Shown: positions 1 through 9,500 of the stretch, one piece after another | How positions within the stretch are numbered: the stretch's first letter is position 1 | How the letters are laid out: every line of letters starts with the position of its first letter | Virus record (IMG/VR): IMGVR_UViG_3300005512_000308 | Coordinates: 1-24,995 of that record | From: a virus | Taxonomy: Duplodnaviria > Caudoviricetes | DNA length: 24,995 bases | Direction: 5' to 3' (one strand) | Translations under genes and position numbers: made by a program | Notes under the pieces: generated by a model | The model's input: only the letters and a program-made list of their open reading frames with translations | The model's database searches: none | Told to the model about the DNA's origin: nothing

Positions 1-1
1 T

Positions 2-643
2 GGAGAAGGATTCGCTCAAAGTGTTGCTGGTATTGCTACGTCAACAAACCCCCAAGGTGGTGATAAAAAAAATAAAGAGTTTAAAGAAGTAGCAGATTTA
101 TCTCAACTACAACCATTTGCTGGTGATGTAATTCATGAGGGGAGATTTGGCCAATCAATAAGATTTGGATATACTCCTCAAGGTGCACAATCTAAACAAC
201 AACCAACTTGGAAATCTACTAAGTCGGAATCCCCAATAACTATAATCAGAAATGGTGCAGGTGAATCTAATGGATATAACAAATATGTTGTAGAAGACAT
301 AAATAAAGATGCATCTTCTATATGGTTAACTGACCAACAAACTATTAGTTTAACATTAGGGTCTACATTACCATTGGGTGTAACTCCAACCTCAGTTTAT
401 AATAAACCACAAGTAATTCTAAATTCAGACCGAATTGTTCTTAATTCAAAGAAGGATAATGTTATATTAACATCATCTAAGGACATTGTAGTTAGTACGT
501 CAAAAAATACAACTACAATTGATAAGTTGATAGAAGCAATTGAAATATTAGCACAAGGTACATATCCAATAGCAGGAGCTGCAACTGGACCACATCCACA
601 AATTGCTCAAATTTTAGCTAAAATCAAAAATGGAGTCGGGTAA
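2..643 (+). CDS. Baseplate hub/central spike-like (gp5/gpV-type) protein, 5'-truncated by the window edge
   Basis: Frame 2 is open from base 2 (GEGFAQSV...GDVIHEGRFGQSIRFG...ITIIRNG...EDINKDASSIWLT...QVILNSDRIVLNSK...GAATGPHPQ). The track's 374 start is an internal TTG. Short beta-strand-like repeats and position just upstream of gp25/gp6 fit a spike gene. Confidence 0.6.
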   Translation, partial: GEGFAQSVAGIATSTNPQGGDKKNKEFKEVADLSQLQPFAGDVIHEGRFGQSIRFGYTPQGAQSKQQPTWKSTKSESPITIIRNGAGESNGYNKYVVEDINKDASSIWLTDQQTISLTLGSTLPLGVTPTSVYNKPQVILNSDRIVLNSKKDNVILTSSKDIVVSTSKNTTTIDKLIEAIEILAQGTYPIAGAATGPHPQIAQILAKIKNGVG

Positions 644-676
644 AATACCTTTTGGACTTAATAACCAAATAAACTG

Positions 677-702
677 ATAATTATAGATAAAATATATTTA
701 TT
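677..702 (+). promoter_or_regulatory. Two copies of the recurrent ATAHTTAT motif (ATAATTATA 677-685; ATATTTATT 694-702), putative phage late promoter
   Basis: The same motif recurs upstream of the ORFs at 11639, 19787, 22084 and 24417. Confidence 0.45.
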
Positions 703-705
703 ACT

Positions 706-1179
706 ATGGACACAACTAAATTAGTAAAAGCAATTCAAATCATCGTTAAGGAAGAAGTTAAAAAAGAAATGGCTAAACGTGAAAAGGTCATTCGTGAATC
801 TATCCTTAAAGAAGTAACAAAGTCACAACCAAAACGAGTTGAAGTTGACCCATTGGATGTTGACCATATATTTGAACAAAAACAACAATCCCCAAAAAAG
901 GAAGTCTTTAAATCTACTGGATTTGCTGACTTGTTAAATGAAACAGCTGATAATGGCGAGTGGAGAAGTATAAATTCACAAGGTGGTGCATTTAGTTCAA
1001 CACAAGCACAAGCATGGGGACATATGAATCAAAATCCAAATACACTTCAAACCTCAGATGGTAAGAGTGTATCGGTGGATAGGTTACAACAAACTGAAGC
1101 TGGGCAAGCAGTGGTTAATGCTTTAACACGAGATTATTCTGGCTTGATGAAACACATCAACGCTAAGAAAGGTAAGTAA
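706..1179 (+). CDS. Hypothetical phage protein (157 aa) with charged helical N-terminus, possibly virion-associated
   Basis: Clean ORF, TAATG-coupled to the gp25-like gene. N-terminal IVKEEVKKE..IRESILKEV segment, C-terminal ALTRDYSGLMK motif. Confidence 0.75.
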   Translation: MDTTKLVKAIQIIVKEEVKKEMAKREKVIRESILKEVTKSQPKRVEVDPLDVDHIFEQKQQSPKKEVFKSTGFADLLNETADNGEWRSINSQGGAFSSTQAQAWGHMNQNPNTLQTSDGKSVSVDRLQQTEAGQAVVNALTRDYSGLMKHINAKKGK

Positions 1180-1613
1180 TGGCAGGTAGGAAAGAATATA
1201 GAGTAGACCCATTAGACTTAAAACCGAACACGGCTGTCGGTGTTATGCTTCCTTTGGGTGGCACTCCTATATTTAAGTCATCCTACACAACTGAAGAGCA
1301 GGCTATTTCTAATCTGAAAAACTTGTTACTGACTCGTAAAGGTGAGCGACCATTTCAACCAAATTTTGGTACTGAAATATACTCTTTATTATTTGAGCAA
1401 ATTGAACTCGACACAACAGAGTCGTTAGAGACATCAATACGAGCGGATATTAAATATTGGTTACCATACATTATTGTGTCTGAATTAGTCGTAACCACCG
1501 AAGAAGATTTGAATAGGGTACAAATAAAATTATCAGTAAAAGTTACAAACACAGGTGCAAATACCAACATAATTATTTATGTTACCAATCAAGGAAATAT
1601 ATCTATTGTCTGA
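1179..1613 (+). CDS. Baseplate wedge subunit, gp25/gpW-like
   Basis: Signature NLKNLLLTRKGERPFQPNFG...LLFE...I..WLPYI; 144 aa; directly upstream of the gp6-like gene. Confidence 0.92.
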   Translation: MAGRKEYRVDPLDLKPNTAVGVMLPLGGTPIFKSSYTTEEQAISNLKNLLLTRKGERPFQPNFGTEIYSLLFEQIELDTTESLETSIRADIKYWLPYIIVSELVVTTEEDLNRVQIKLSVKVTNTGANTNIIIYVTNQGNISIV

Positions 1614-1622
1614 GGATAAGAA

Positions 1623-3536
1623 ATGGCAGAAAAAATTAAAAAGGAAGTAAATTTAATAGGAAAAGACTTTGGTGACATTCGCCAGAATCTTATTGACTTT
1701 ACAAAAAACTATTTCCCACAAACTTATAATGACTTCAATGAATCATCACCAGGAATGATGTTCATGGAAATGGCATCATATGTGGGAGATGTATTATCGT
1801 ACTATACAGATGTACAATTAAGAGAGTCCATACTTGACGAAGCTCAAGAAAAAAAGAATATCTTCACAATAGCACAATCTTTTGGATATAAACCAAAACT
1901 ACTTGTACCTGCCACAACAAACCTAACTGTGTATCAAGTGATACCATCTATGGGAAGTGGTGATAATGTAAAACCAAATTGGGATTACGCATTGACTATT
2001 AAAGAGGGTATGATAGTAGGGTCTACATCCAATGGTGATGTTGAGTTTTCAACTATCAATAAAGTAAGATTTGGATTTTCATCATCATTTGACCCAACTG
2101 AAGTATCAGTTTATCAAATAGATGAAACTACAAACGAACCTGTATATTACCTACTTAAAAAATATGTAAAAGCTGTTAGTGGTGTTGAAAAAACTAAAAC
2201 CTTTACGTTTGGTTCACCAAAACCTTATGACAAGATTAGACTTGAAGATGATGATGGGTTAATTGATGTAATTTCAATTATGGATGATGATGGTGATGAG
2301 TGGACAAAAGTCGATTACCTCGCACAAGATACTGTTTTTGAAGAGTTACCAAACACTACTGACTATTCAATAGCAATGTCTGCTTATGCAAACGAAACCC
2401 CATCACTCCTTAAACTAAAACGAGTTCCAAAGAGATATATAACTCGTATAACTGATGATGGTAAAATCGATATCCAATTCGGTAGCGGAATCTCACAAAA
2501 TTCTGACGAGGAAATTCTACCAAATCCAGACAATGTTGGTTCAGCACTTTATGGAGCAAGTGGTGACCTTGACCAAGGTATTGACCCTTCAAACTTTATG
2601 TACACTAAAACATATGGAGTCGCTCCTTCTAACACTACATTAACTGTAACGTATCGTGTTGGAAATGGTGTTAATGATAATGTACCATCTCAAGATTTAA
2701 CAACTATTGTAGAACGTGTTGTTGAAACTTCACCAACGAATTTAGTTGGTGGTGTATTTAATGTGGTACAAAACTCAATAGCAGTCACAAACGAAGTAGC
2801 TGCTGGTGGTGGTAAGTTCGAAGAAGAAATTGAAGAAGTTAGAAATAATGCACTCGCATATTTCAGAGCACAAAATAGAGCAGTAACTAAAGAAGATTAC
2901 TTGTTAAGAGCATACGCATTACCACCACAATTTGGGTCGGTGGCTAAAGCATATACTGCTCCTGATTTTCAAATTAATACTTTGTTAGATGATGGAGTTG
3001 ACCCAATTCCAAATCCGTTAGCAATCAACTTCTATGTATTGGGATATGATGCTAATAAGAATCTACAAAATCTAAATCCAGCTACAAAGCAGAACCTACA
3101 AAACTACTTGTCATATTATCGTATACTGACTGACGCAGTGAATATTAAAAATGCATACATCGTTAATATTGGTGTTGATTTTGAAATAATAACACTTCCA
3201 AACTATAACTCAAATGAAGTTCTTTTAAGATGTATTGATGCTCTAAAGCAGTATTTCAGAATAGAAAATATGCAAATTAATAAACCAATTGTATTAACCG
3301 ACCTCTATGTATTGTTAGATAAAGTCGATGGTGTCCAATCAGTAGTACGGCCTGATAGAGATGGTAATGGTGGATTACAAATAGTAAACAAGTATAACGG
3401 AAGTTATTCTAAAAACAAATATGATATAACCAATGCTACACGAAACGGAATCGTATTCCCACCTAAAGACCCATCTTGTTTTGAAGTAAAGTATTTAGAT
3501 GTTGACATTCGTGGTAAGGTAGTATCATTATTTTAA
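1623..3536 (+). CDS. Baseplate wedge subunit, T4 gp6 / baseplate J-like
   Basis: KDFGDIRQNL...YNDFNESSPGMMFMEMASYVGDVLSYY, AQSFGYKP, IQFGSG, VTYRVGNG, AAGGG..EEIEEVR, AQNRAVTKEDY; 637 aa. Confidence 0.92.
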   Translation: MAEKIKKEVNLIGKDFGDIRQNLIDFTKNYFPQTYNDFNESSPGMMFMEMASYVGDVLSYYTDVQLRESILDEAQEKKNIFTIAQSFGYKPKLLVPATTNLTVYQVIPSMGSGDNVKPNWDYALTIKEGMIVGSTSNGDVEFSTINKVRFGFSSSFDPTEVSVYQIDETTNEPVYYLLKKYVKAVSGVEKTKTFTFGSPKPYDKIRLEDDDGLIDVISIMDDDGDEWTKVDYLAQDTVFEELPNTTDYSIAMSAYANETPSLLKLKRVPKRYITRITDDGKIDIQFGSGISQNSDEEILPNPDNVGSALYGASGDLDQGIDPSNFMYTKTYGVAPSNTTLTVTYRVGNGVNDNVPSQDLTTIVERVVETSPTNLVGGVFNVVQNSIAVTNEVAAGGGKFEEEIEEVRNNALAYFRAQNRAVTKEDYLLRAYALPPQFGSVAKAYTAPDFQINTLLDDGVDPIPNPLAINFYVLGYDANKNLQNLNPATKQNLQNYLSYYRILTDAVNIKNAYIVNIGVDFEIITLPNYNSNEVLLRCIDALKQYFRIENMQINKPIVLTDLYVLLDKVDGVQSVVRPDRDGNGGLQIVNKYNGSYSKNKYDITNATRNGIVFPPKDPSCFEVKYLDVDIRGKVVSLF

Positions 3537-3545
3537 GGGGTAAGC

Positions 3546-5618
3546 ATGATTTATAGAATATATCCAAGTAAAGACGCCACAATATACGAAGACACTTCTC
3601 GTAAAGACCAAAATACAGGTAAAGATGAGATACTTGAAGTTAGTAAATTGTATGATTCTACTGACAACACAACTCTATTAGGTAATAGTAGAGCCTTAGT
3701 ACAATTTGATTTAACATCAATTTCATCATCAATCGTAAGTGGTAATATAACATCACCTCAATATAAATTGAATTTAGAAAATATTGAAAATGCTGGAATC
3801 CAATCGGATTACGATTTATATGTATTCCCAATCAAAGAATCGTGGGTAGAGGGTATTGGTTCTGAACCCGACACACCTCACAACGAAAACTCTGTAACTT
3901 GGGTTAATAGGATTACAAATACACCATGGGATGTTACTAACTCAACAGTAGATAAACCATTAAATCCAGACTTAATTGCATCGTTAGACGCATATTATGA
4001 TTTTGCTACTTCAATCGGTGATTTCGAATTAGTAGAAAAAATTAAAGGTGTAAATGGGAGTGACCCTATATTATTTGTATCGGGTGCTAAATTAGCAATG
4101 TCATCTTCTGATTATAGTGGTGGTACTGCTAATGTATCATCATCATTTGAATCAGGTTCAATATATAAAATTGACTTTGACTTTAATAGAGGAACTTTAT
4201 CAGGTGTAGATTTTAATGTAATAGACCCAAACGGATTCCCATTAAATAACTCAATAACAAACTTCAGAGAGTCTTTAGTAAGTACTGGAACTTATAATAT
4301 GGCTCTTACAGCGAGTATCACTGGTGTATATAAAATACAATTTTCATTCTTTGATAATAATGGTGTTAATGGGTCTCAAGGTTCAATTGATAATTTCTAT
4401 GTGTATAGAGATGTTGACCCCACAACTCTTGTACTTGACCAATTTAGTTCAAACTTAACATCATTACCAAGTACGTATTTAATAAATGAAGCCATTGTAA
4501 ATAGAGATGGTGTAGCAGGTACAGCAGTCGTATCCAATTACGAATTGTCTTTAACATCATCAAATTTTGGTGGAGCTACTTTAAATAGAAAAATAAATTT
4601 ACAAGAAAATAAAAACTACACGGCTAGTTTTGATATCGATGCTGGAAATTATCCTCTTATAAATAACGACCATACTGGTTCAATTGAATTTACAATTTTA
4701 TCACCCGATGGTAGACTTGTTGATGACAATGATATGAGTGGGTATGTAAGATACATTTCTTCGAGTACATCACCATCTATAACCTTCCAAGCAAGACAAG
4801 ATGGTGAGTATTTACTTAGATGGTCCTTTTTTGGTAGTGGGAGTGGTGAATATAGTGCGTCACTTGATAACGTAAAACTTGAATCACTGGACCATGACAT
4901 TACAGGTTCTCGATATAATGACATATATTATGACGCACATTGGTCAGCAAATCAAGGTGGTGGTACTTGGTACACATCATCATTTTCAAGTGGTGTACAT
5001 TATAAACAATCGTTCACAAAATACACAGACAACCTTGATGTTGAGGTTACCGAATATGTAAATGAGTGGTTAAATGGTACTCGTACAAATAATGGATTCA
5101 TTATTAAAAAATCAAAAGTAGATGAACAATCAACCACAAAGTTTGGTTCTATAAAGTTCTTCTCGTCTGATACCCATACGATATACCCTCCGACATTAGA
5201 TGTACTATGGGATGATTCATCATTTAATACAGGGTCACTTGAACCACTAACATCAGATGATATCATACTTTATGTTAAGGGTCTTGCTACTGAGTATAAA
5301 GAAACATCAAAAGCAAAAGTTCGTGTTTATGGTAGAGAGAGATTCCCAAGTCGGTCATTTACATCAACACCGCTAAAAGATGTTAAGTATTTACCAACTA
5401 CCTTATATTACTCGGTAGTTGATGCTGAAACTGAAAAAGTGATTATACCATTTGATACATCATACACAAAAGTGAGTTGTGATTCAACATCAAACTATTT
5501 TAACTTTTGGTTTAATGGGTTACAACCTGAAAGATTCTATAAGTTTATATTTAGGTTAGACCAAAATGGAACTACAAAGTATTACGATGATAATTTTTAT
5601 TTTAAGGTGGTTAGGTAA
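3546..5618 (+). CDS. Virion/baseplate-associated protein with a DNRLRE-like domain interrupted by two tandem carbohydrate-binding-like beta-sandwich repeats
   Basis: N-terminal YPSKDATIYE..NTG.DEILEV..SRALVQFDL..ESWVEG..VTW, resuming at GGGTWY..LDVEVTEYV..W..NNGFII..FFSSD..PTL. An internal pair of similar ~150-aa repeats lies between. Confidence 0.6.
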   Translation: MIYRIYPSKDATIYEDTSRKDQNTGKDEILEVSKLYDSTDNTTLLGNSRALVQFDLTSISSSIVSGNITSPQYKLNLENIENAGIQSDYDLYVFPIKESWVEGIGSEPDTPHNENSVTWVNRITNTPWDVTNSTVDKPLNPDLIASLDAYYDFATSIGDFELVEKIKGVNGSDPILFVSGAKLAMSSSDYSGGTANVSSSFESGSIYKIDFDFNRGTLSGVDFNVIDPNGFPLNNSITNFRESLVSTGTYNMALTASITGVYKIQFSFFDNNGVNGSQGSIDNFYVYRDVDPTTLVLDQFSSNLTSLPSTYLINEAIVNRDGVAGTAVVSNYELSLTSSNFGGATLNRKINLQENKNYTASFDIDAGNYPLINNDHTGSIEFTILSPDGRLVDDNDMSGYVRYISSSTSPSITFQARQDGEYLLRWSFFGSGSGEYSASLDNVKLESLDHDITGSRYNDIYYDAHWSANQGGGTWYTSSFSSGVHYKQSFTKYTDNLDVEVTEYVNEWLNGTRTNNGFIIKKSKVDEQSTTKFGSIKFFSSDTHTIYPPTLDVLWDDSSFNTGSLEPLTSDDIILYVKGLATEYKETSKAKVRVYGRERFPSRSFTSTPLKDVKYLPTTLYYSVVDAETEKVIIPFDTSYTKVSCDSTSNYFNFWFNGLQPERFYKFIFRLDQNGTTKYYDDNFYFKVVR

Positions 5619-6010
5619 TGGCAGATACTAATGCAAAAATAGATGTAAAACGTAATGGTCGTGGTCAAATAATTTCATATGAAGTTGAAAATACGGCAAC
5701 ATATTCACCTATACTATTATCAAATGTCAATAGACAATTGTTAAAAAAGTATGGTAAGAAGTCATTCTTAGATAATGTTGATGCTGAAATAAAAGAATTT
5801 ACTCAATTGGAAATTTTAAACTCGTCACCTCAAATTCCCATTGCCGCTACTGTAACTTCATTAGGAAATGTGACCATTAACCTAAGTCGAGAGATTGATT
5901 TACAATATGTGGCTGACATTGATAGTAACGCAACGGATAATACAACAACGGGTAATACAACTGCCACCACAACATCATCTGGTAATAGTGATTCCGACCC
6001 AAGTAATTAA
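5618..6010 (+). CDS. Hypothetical protein (130 aa) with Thr/Ser/Asn-rich low-complexity C-terminus
   Basis: TAATG coupling to the upstream gene; fills the gap in the operon. Confidence 0.7.
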   Translation: MADTNAKIDVKRNGRGQIISYEVENTATYSPILLSNVNRQLLKKYGKKSFLDNVDAEIKEFTQLEILNSSPQIPIAATVTSLGNVTINLSREIDLQYVADIDSNATDNTTTGNTTATTTSSGNSDSDPSN

Positions 6011-6015
6011 TTTTT

Positions 6016-6567
6016 ATGAAAGAATCATTCTACGCAGAATATGATAATTCTATATCAACTAATGTAAAATGGTATAGGCCTGATATTAATTCAGTTATAG
6101 AATGGTACAAAGAGTGGGAATCAAACTTTGACCTATCTAACTATAAAGTTTATCTTGTAGGTGCGTTAGCTGAAGGGTTGGAAACCAATGATGTGGATAT
6201 ATTGATTATGAGTGACGACCCAAATTTATTTGTATTAAAAGATATGTTAACATCAGCTCAGACACTTGGATTCAATCATAGTTTATTGATAGACATATGT
6301 TGGGCTAATTATAAACTAACACAATCTATACGAGATGGGTTGGATATTTCAGACTACAAATCTATTAGAAATTTTAAAACATTCAAAAAAGTTGTTAATG
6401 GTTCTGAAGAAATTTGTGACTTAACAAACGACAAAAATTATAAAGAATTAATCCCAGGTCTTTATGAATATGAAGGAGTTTCAAATCATTTGGTTAATAA
6501 GGTAACAAAAAGGTTGAACATTGATATTTATAAAAGTATATATACGGAATTAAGATATGTCATTTAA
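6016..6567 (+). CDS. Small DNA polymerase beta-superfamily nucleotidyltransferase (MNT-like)
   Basis: VYLVGALAEGLETNDVDILI resembles hG[S/G]x(n)DhDh (GA in place of GS). A candidate third carboxylate lies in LLIDICW. Confidence 0.6.
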   Translation: MKESFYAEYDNSISTNVKWYRPDINSVIEWYKEWESNFDLSNYKVYLVGALAEGLETNDVDILIMSDDPNLFVLKDMLTSAQTLGFNHSLLIDICWANYKLTQSIRDGLDISDYKSIRNFKTFKKVVNGSEEICDLTNDKNYKELIPGLYEYEGVSNHLVNKVTKRLNIDIYKSIYTELRYVI

Positions 6568-9500
6568 AAGATACTACAATCAAGAACAAGTTGAAGGAAC
6601 TACTCCTACTTTCGGTGAAGACTATTCATCCGAGGTAAACTCCAATGTATTAATTGTAGATACTGAATTGAGGCTTGGTGATGTTGAGGGTAACCATATA
6701 GATGATATTAAAGTTCCAACATCACAAGAAGTTCATATATATTCATCTGATACTCTTTTAAGGTCTTCTTACGAACACCCAATTAAATACAATAGTAATG
6801 GGTCGTATCCTGTATTAAAGGTAACTCCCGAACGTGATTTGAGAGCGCTTGGTATAGAGCAAGGTGCATATTCAATAAACTATAACTTTTTAAACAAATT
6901 CGTACAAGGTTGTAGGATTGACGAAATCAATGGTGATAGAACTGAAGTCAAAATATCAAAACGACCTTTAGTTGGTAATGCTAGTAATAAAGAAACAAAC
7001 GCTTTTGAAGATTTAAATACCATTCTATCTAACGCAAGTCTTTTTAATTCATTTTCTCAACAAGGTGTTTTACCAGAATTGGTATTGAACTTCAAAGAAA
7101 ACGAGTTATATAATATAATCAATTATAAATTTGATGGAACATTAGGTGGTGAATCAACAGAGACATTACAATATCCGAGAGATAGATTCGCAAATGTATC
7201 TACGTCATTTGTTCCAATTGATAGTGGTGTAGAGAATTTAAATACATGGAGATTTTTTGTAGAAATTTATACACCTGCAATCAATGAAACTTTACCAATT
7301 GGAGCATTAGTTGGAGCGCCAACTGGTAGGGTTAGAAAATATATGCTAAAACTAAATCAAAATTCAAATGGAGATTTAATTTGGCAAGCAGGAAGTGTTA
7401 CTTTTGGCGATGGTACTACACCATTACCATCTGATATCAATGTTGATACTAATGGTAATATTCAAATCGCAAATAGAGTACCAGACTCAAACAACTTAAA
7501 ACTTACATATAAAAAATTTAATATTAATATAACGACATACGATACGATTGTTGTAAAATTAGATAGACCACTTGACACGTCATTGGGTATAAATTCAACA
7601 TTAGATGTTGATGGTAGAGTATACAACTCTTACATTGAAAAGATTATTGCATTCCCATCAGTTACTGAAGAAGAAGTATCCAACTTCTCAGAGCCAGATT
7701 TCTCATTAGATATGTCAGAGTTAAAAGGTGCTGTTGGTACAGGATGGAGCACTTGGGATTCTTTGTTAGATGTAAATCCAACCACATCTCAACAATTGGT
7801 AACCCATTACTTTAGTGGGTCTCTTGGTGATGTAAAGTTGAATATAGATTATTCAGACTTTTCTAATTTTGTACATTTTTCATCAGCAACTGAACGTATA
7901 GATAATTTCTTTTATAAGATACAACAAATTGAATCTTACAATACACGAATCAACACATTAGAAAGTGTTAGTGGTTCGGAGGCTCTTACTAATATTTCAC
8001 AATCAATTATTCGTAGGGATAGGCTAATTGGTGGGTTTGATGATTTCGAACACTACTTGTACTACTCAGACGACTCTAATAATTACACACATTGGTCATC
8101 ATCTGCAAATATAATTGAACCATATCCAAAGTCAAATACATTCCCACACGTTTTGTATGGAAGTACTACCCCACAAGGTGAGTCTTGGTATAATGGTGTT
8201 TATTCATCTGCGTCTTTATATGATGAATTTAATGATTCAAGATTAAGAAACGTAATTCCAATCCACCTTCAAGAAGACGAACGGAATTCAGAATATATTA
8301 CATTTGTTGACATGATTGGTCAACACTTTGATATACAATGGACATACATAAAATCTTTAACCGATATTAATAAACGTGAAGAACATCCAAACGATGGTAT
8401 GGCAGACGAGTTATTAAAATCAGTAGCAACATCATTCGGCTGGAAGTTATCAAATGGTTACTCAGACGTATCCCTATGGAAATACGCATTAGGTGTTGAG
8501 TCTGATGGCACGTTGTATCAAAGTGGTGATTTAAAATCAAAAGCACGAAAACAAATTACTGAAGAAATTTGGAGACGTATTGTCAACAACCTACCAATGT
8601 TATATAAAACCAAAGGTACGGCTCGGTCAATCAAAGCACTCCTTTCTTCATATGGAATTCCACAAGCATTCTTAAAGATTAGAGAATGGGGTGGTCCTAC
8701 GATTTCAACTCGTAAAAATATTTATGAGCAAGAACGATTTGTAAACAAGTTGGAGTTATCACCCTCTAAGTATTTAACTGCACCATGGGATGATATTAAT
8801 TCGGATAGACCAAATTCTATTGAAATAATTGGTAAGATGCCTAAAGGTAATTACCATATAGTTAGAGTGGATGGTGGTAGTAGTACTGTTGATTTATTTT
8901 GGGATTATCAAAGTAGTAATGAAACTGCAAGGATACGAATGAATGTTGGTGGTACTGATATAGTATCATCATCATATGTACCATATAAACTTCGTAGAGA
9001 TGGTGTATTCACAATAACATCAGGTAGTAATATTAGTATAGAATCAGCTTGGGTTGATGATTGGGGTAAACTTCTTGCAAACCCAACTGCAAGTATTGGT
9101 TCAAATGTTAATTTTAGTACCACTTGGAACGCAGCAGGAACAATACAAGTTCCAGGTCCAACTACTGACCTTAACGTAAACTCATATGAAACAGCAAGTA
9201 TCCAAGAGATTCGATATTTCCGTGATGGTATTACAAGTGAAATAATCCAAGAACACGCAAGAAACCGAGAAGCATACTTTAGTGATGATAACACTACCGA
9301 TTTGGATATTGATACTTCATTTGACAAATTAATGTTTAGAATATTCCCTGACAGTAGGATAGCTACAACGTCAAGTTATATAGAATCATCTCATCCAAAT
9401 CAAAGAATCACACAATCGGATACTGGTCTAATATTATCAGCATCATTAACAAATATAACCTCAGACCAATTAGTTGGTGAGGTTGATACTCAGTTTGTTA

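Noticed and set aside
374-643. 89-aa ORF as given in the track
   Set aside because: The frame is open back to base 2, so this is the C-terminal part of a longer truncated gene.
1-6010. Bacterial contractile injection system or T6SS instead of a phage
   Set aside because: The linked primase, endonuclease I and gp46/47-like genes, and the absence of host genes, indicate a phage genome.
5930-6010. ACA-rich low-complexity stretch as a tandem repeat
   Set aside because: Explained by Thr/Asn/Ser codons in a disordered tail; no regular period.
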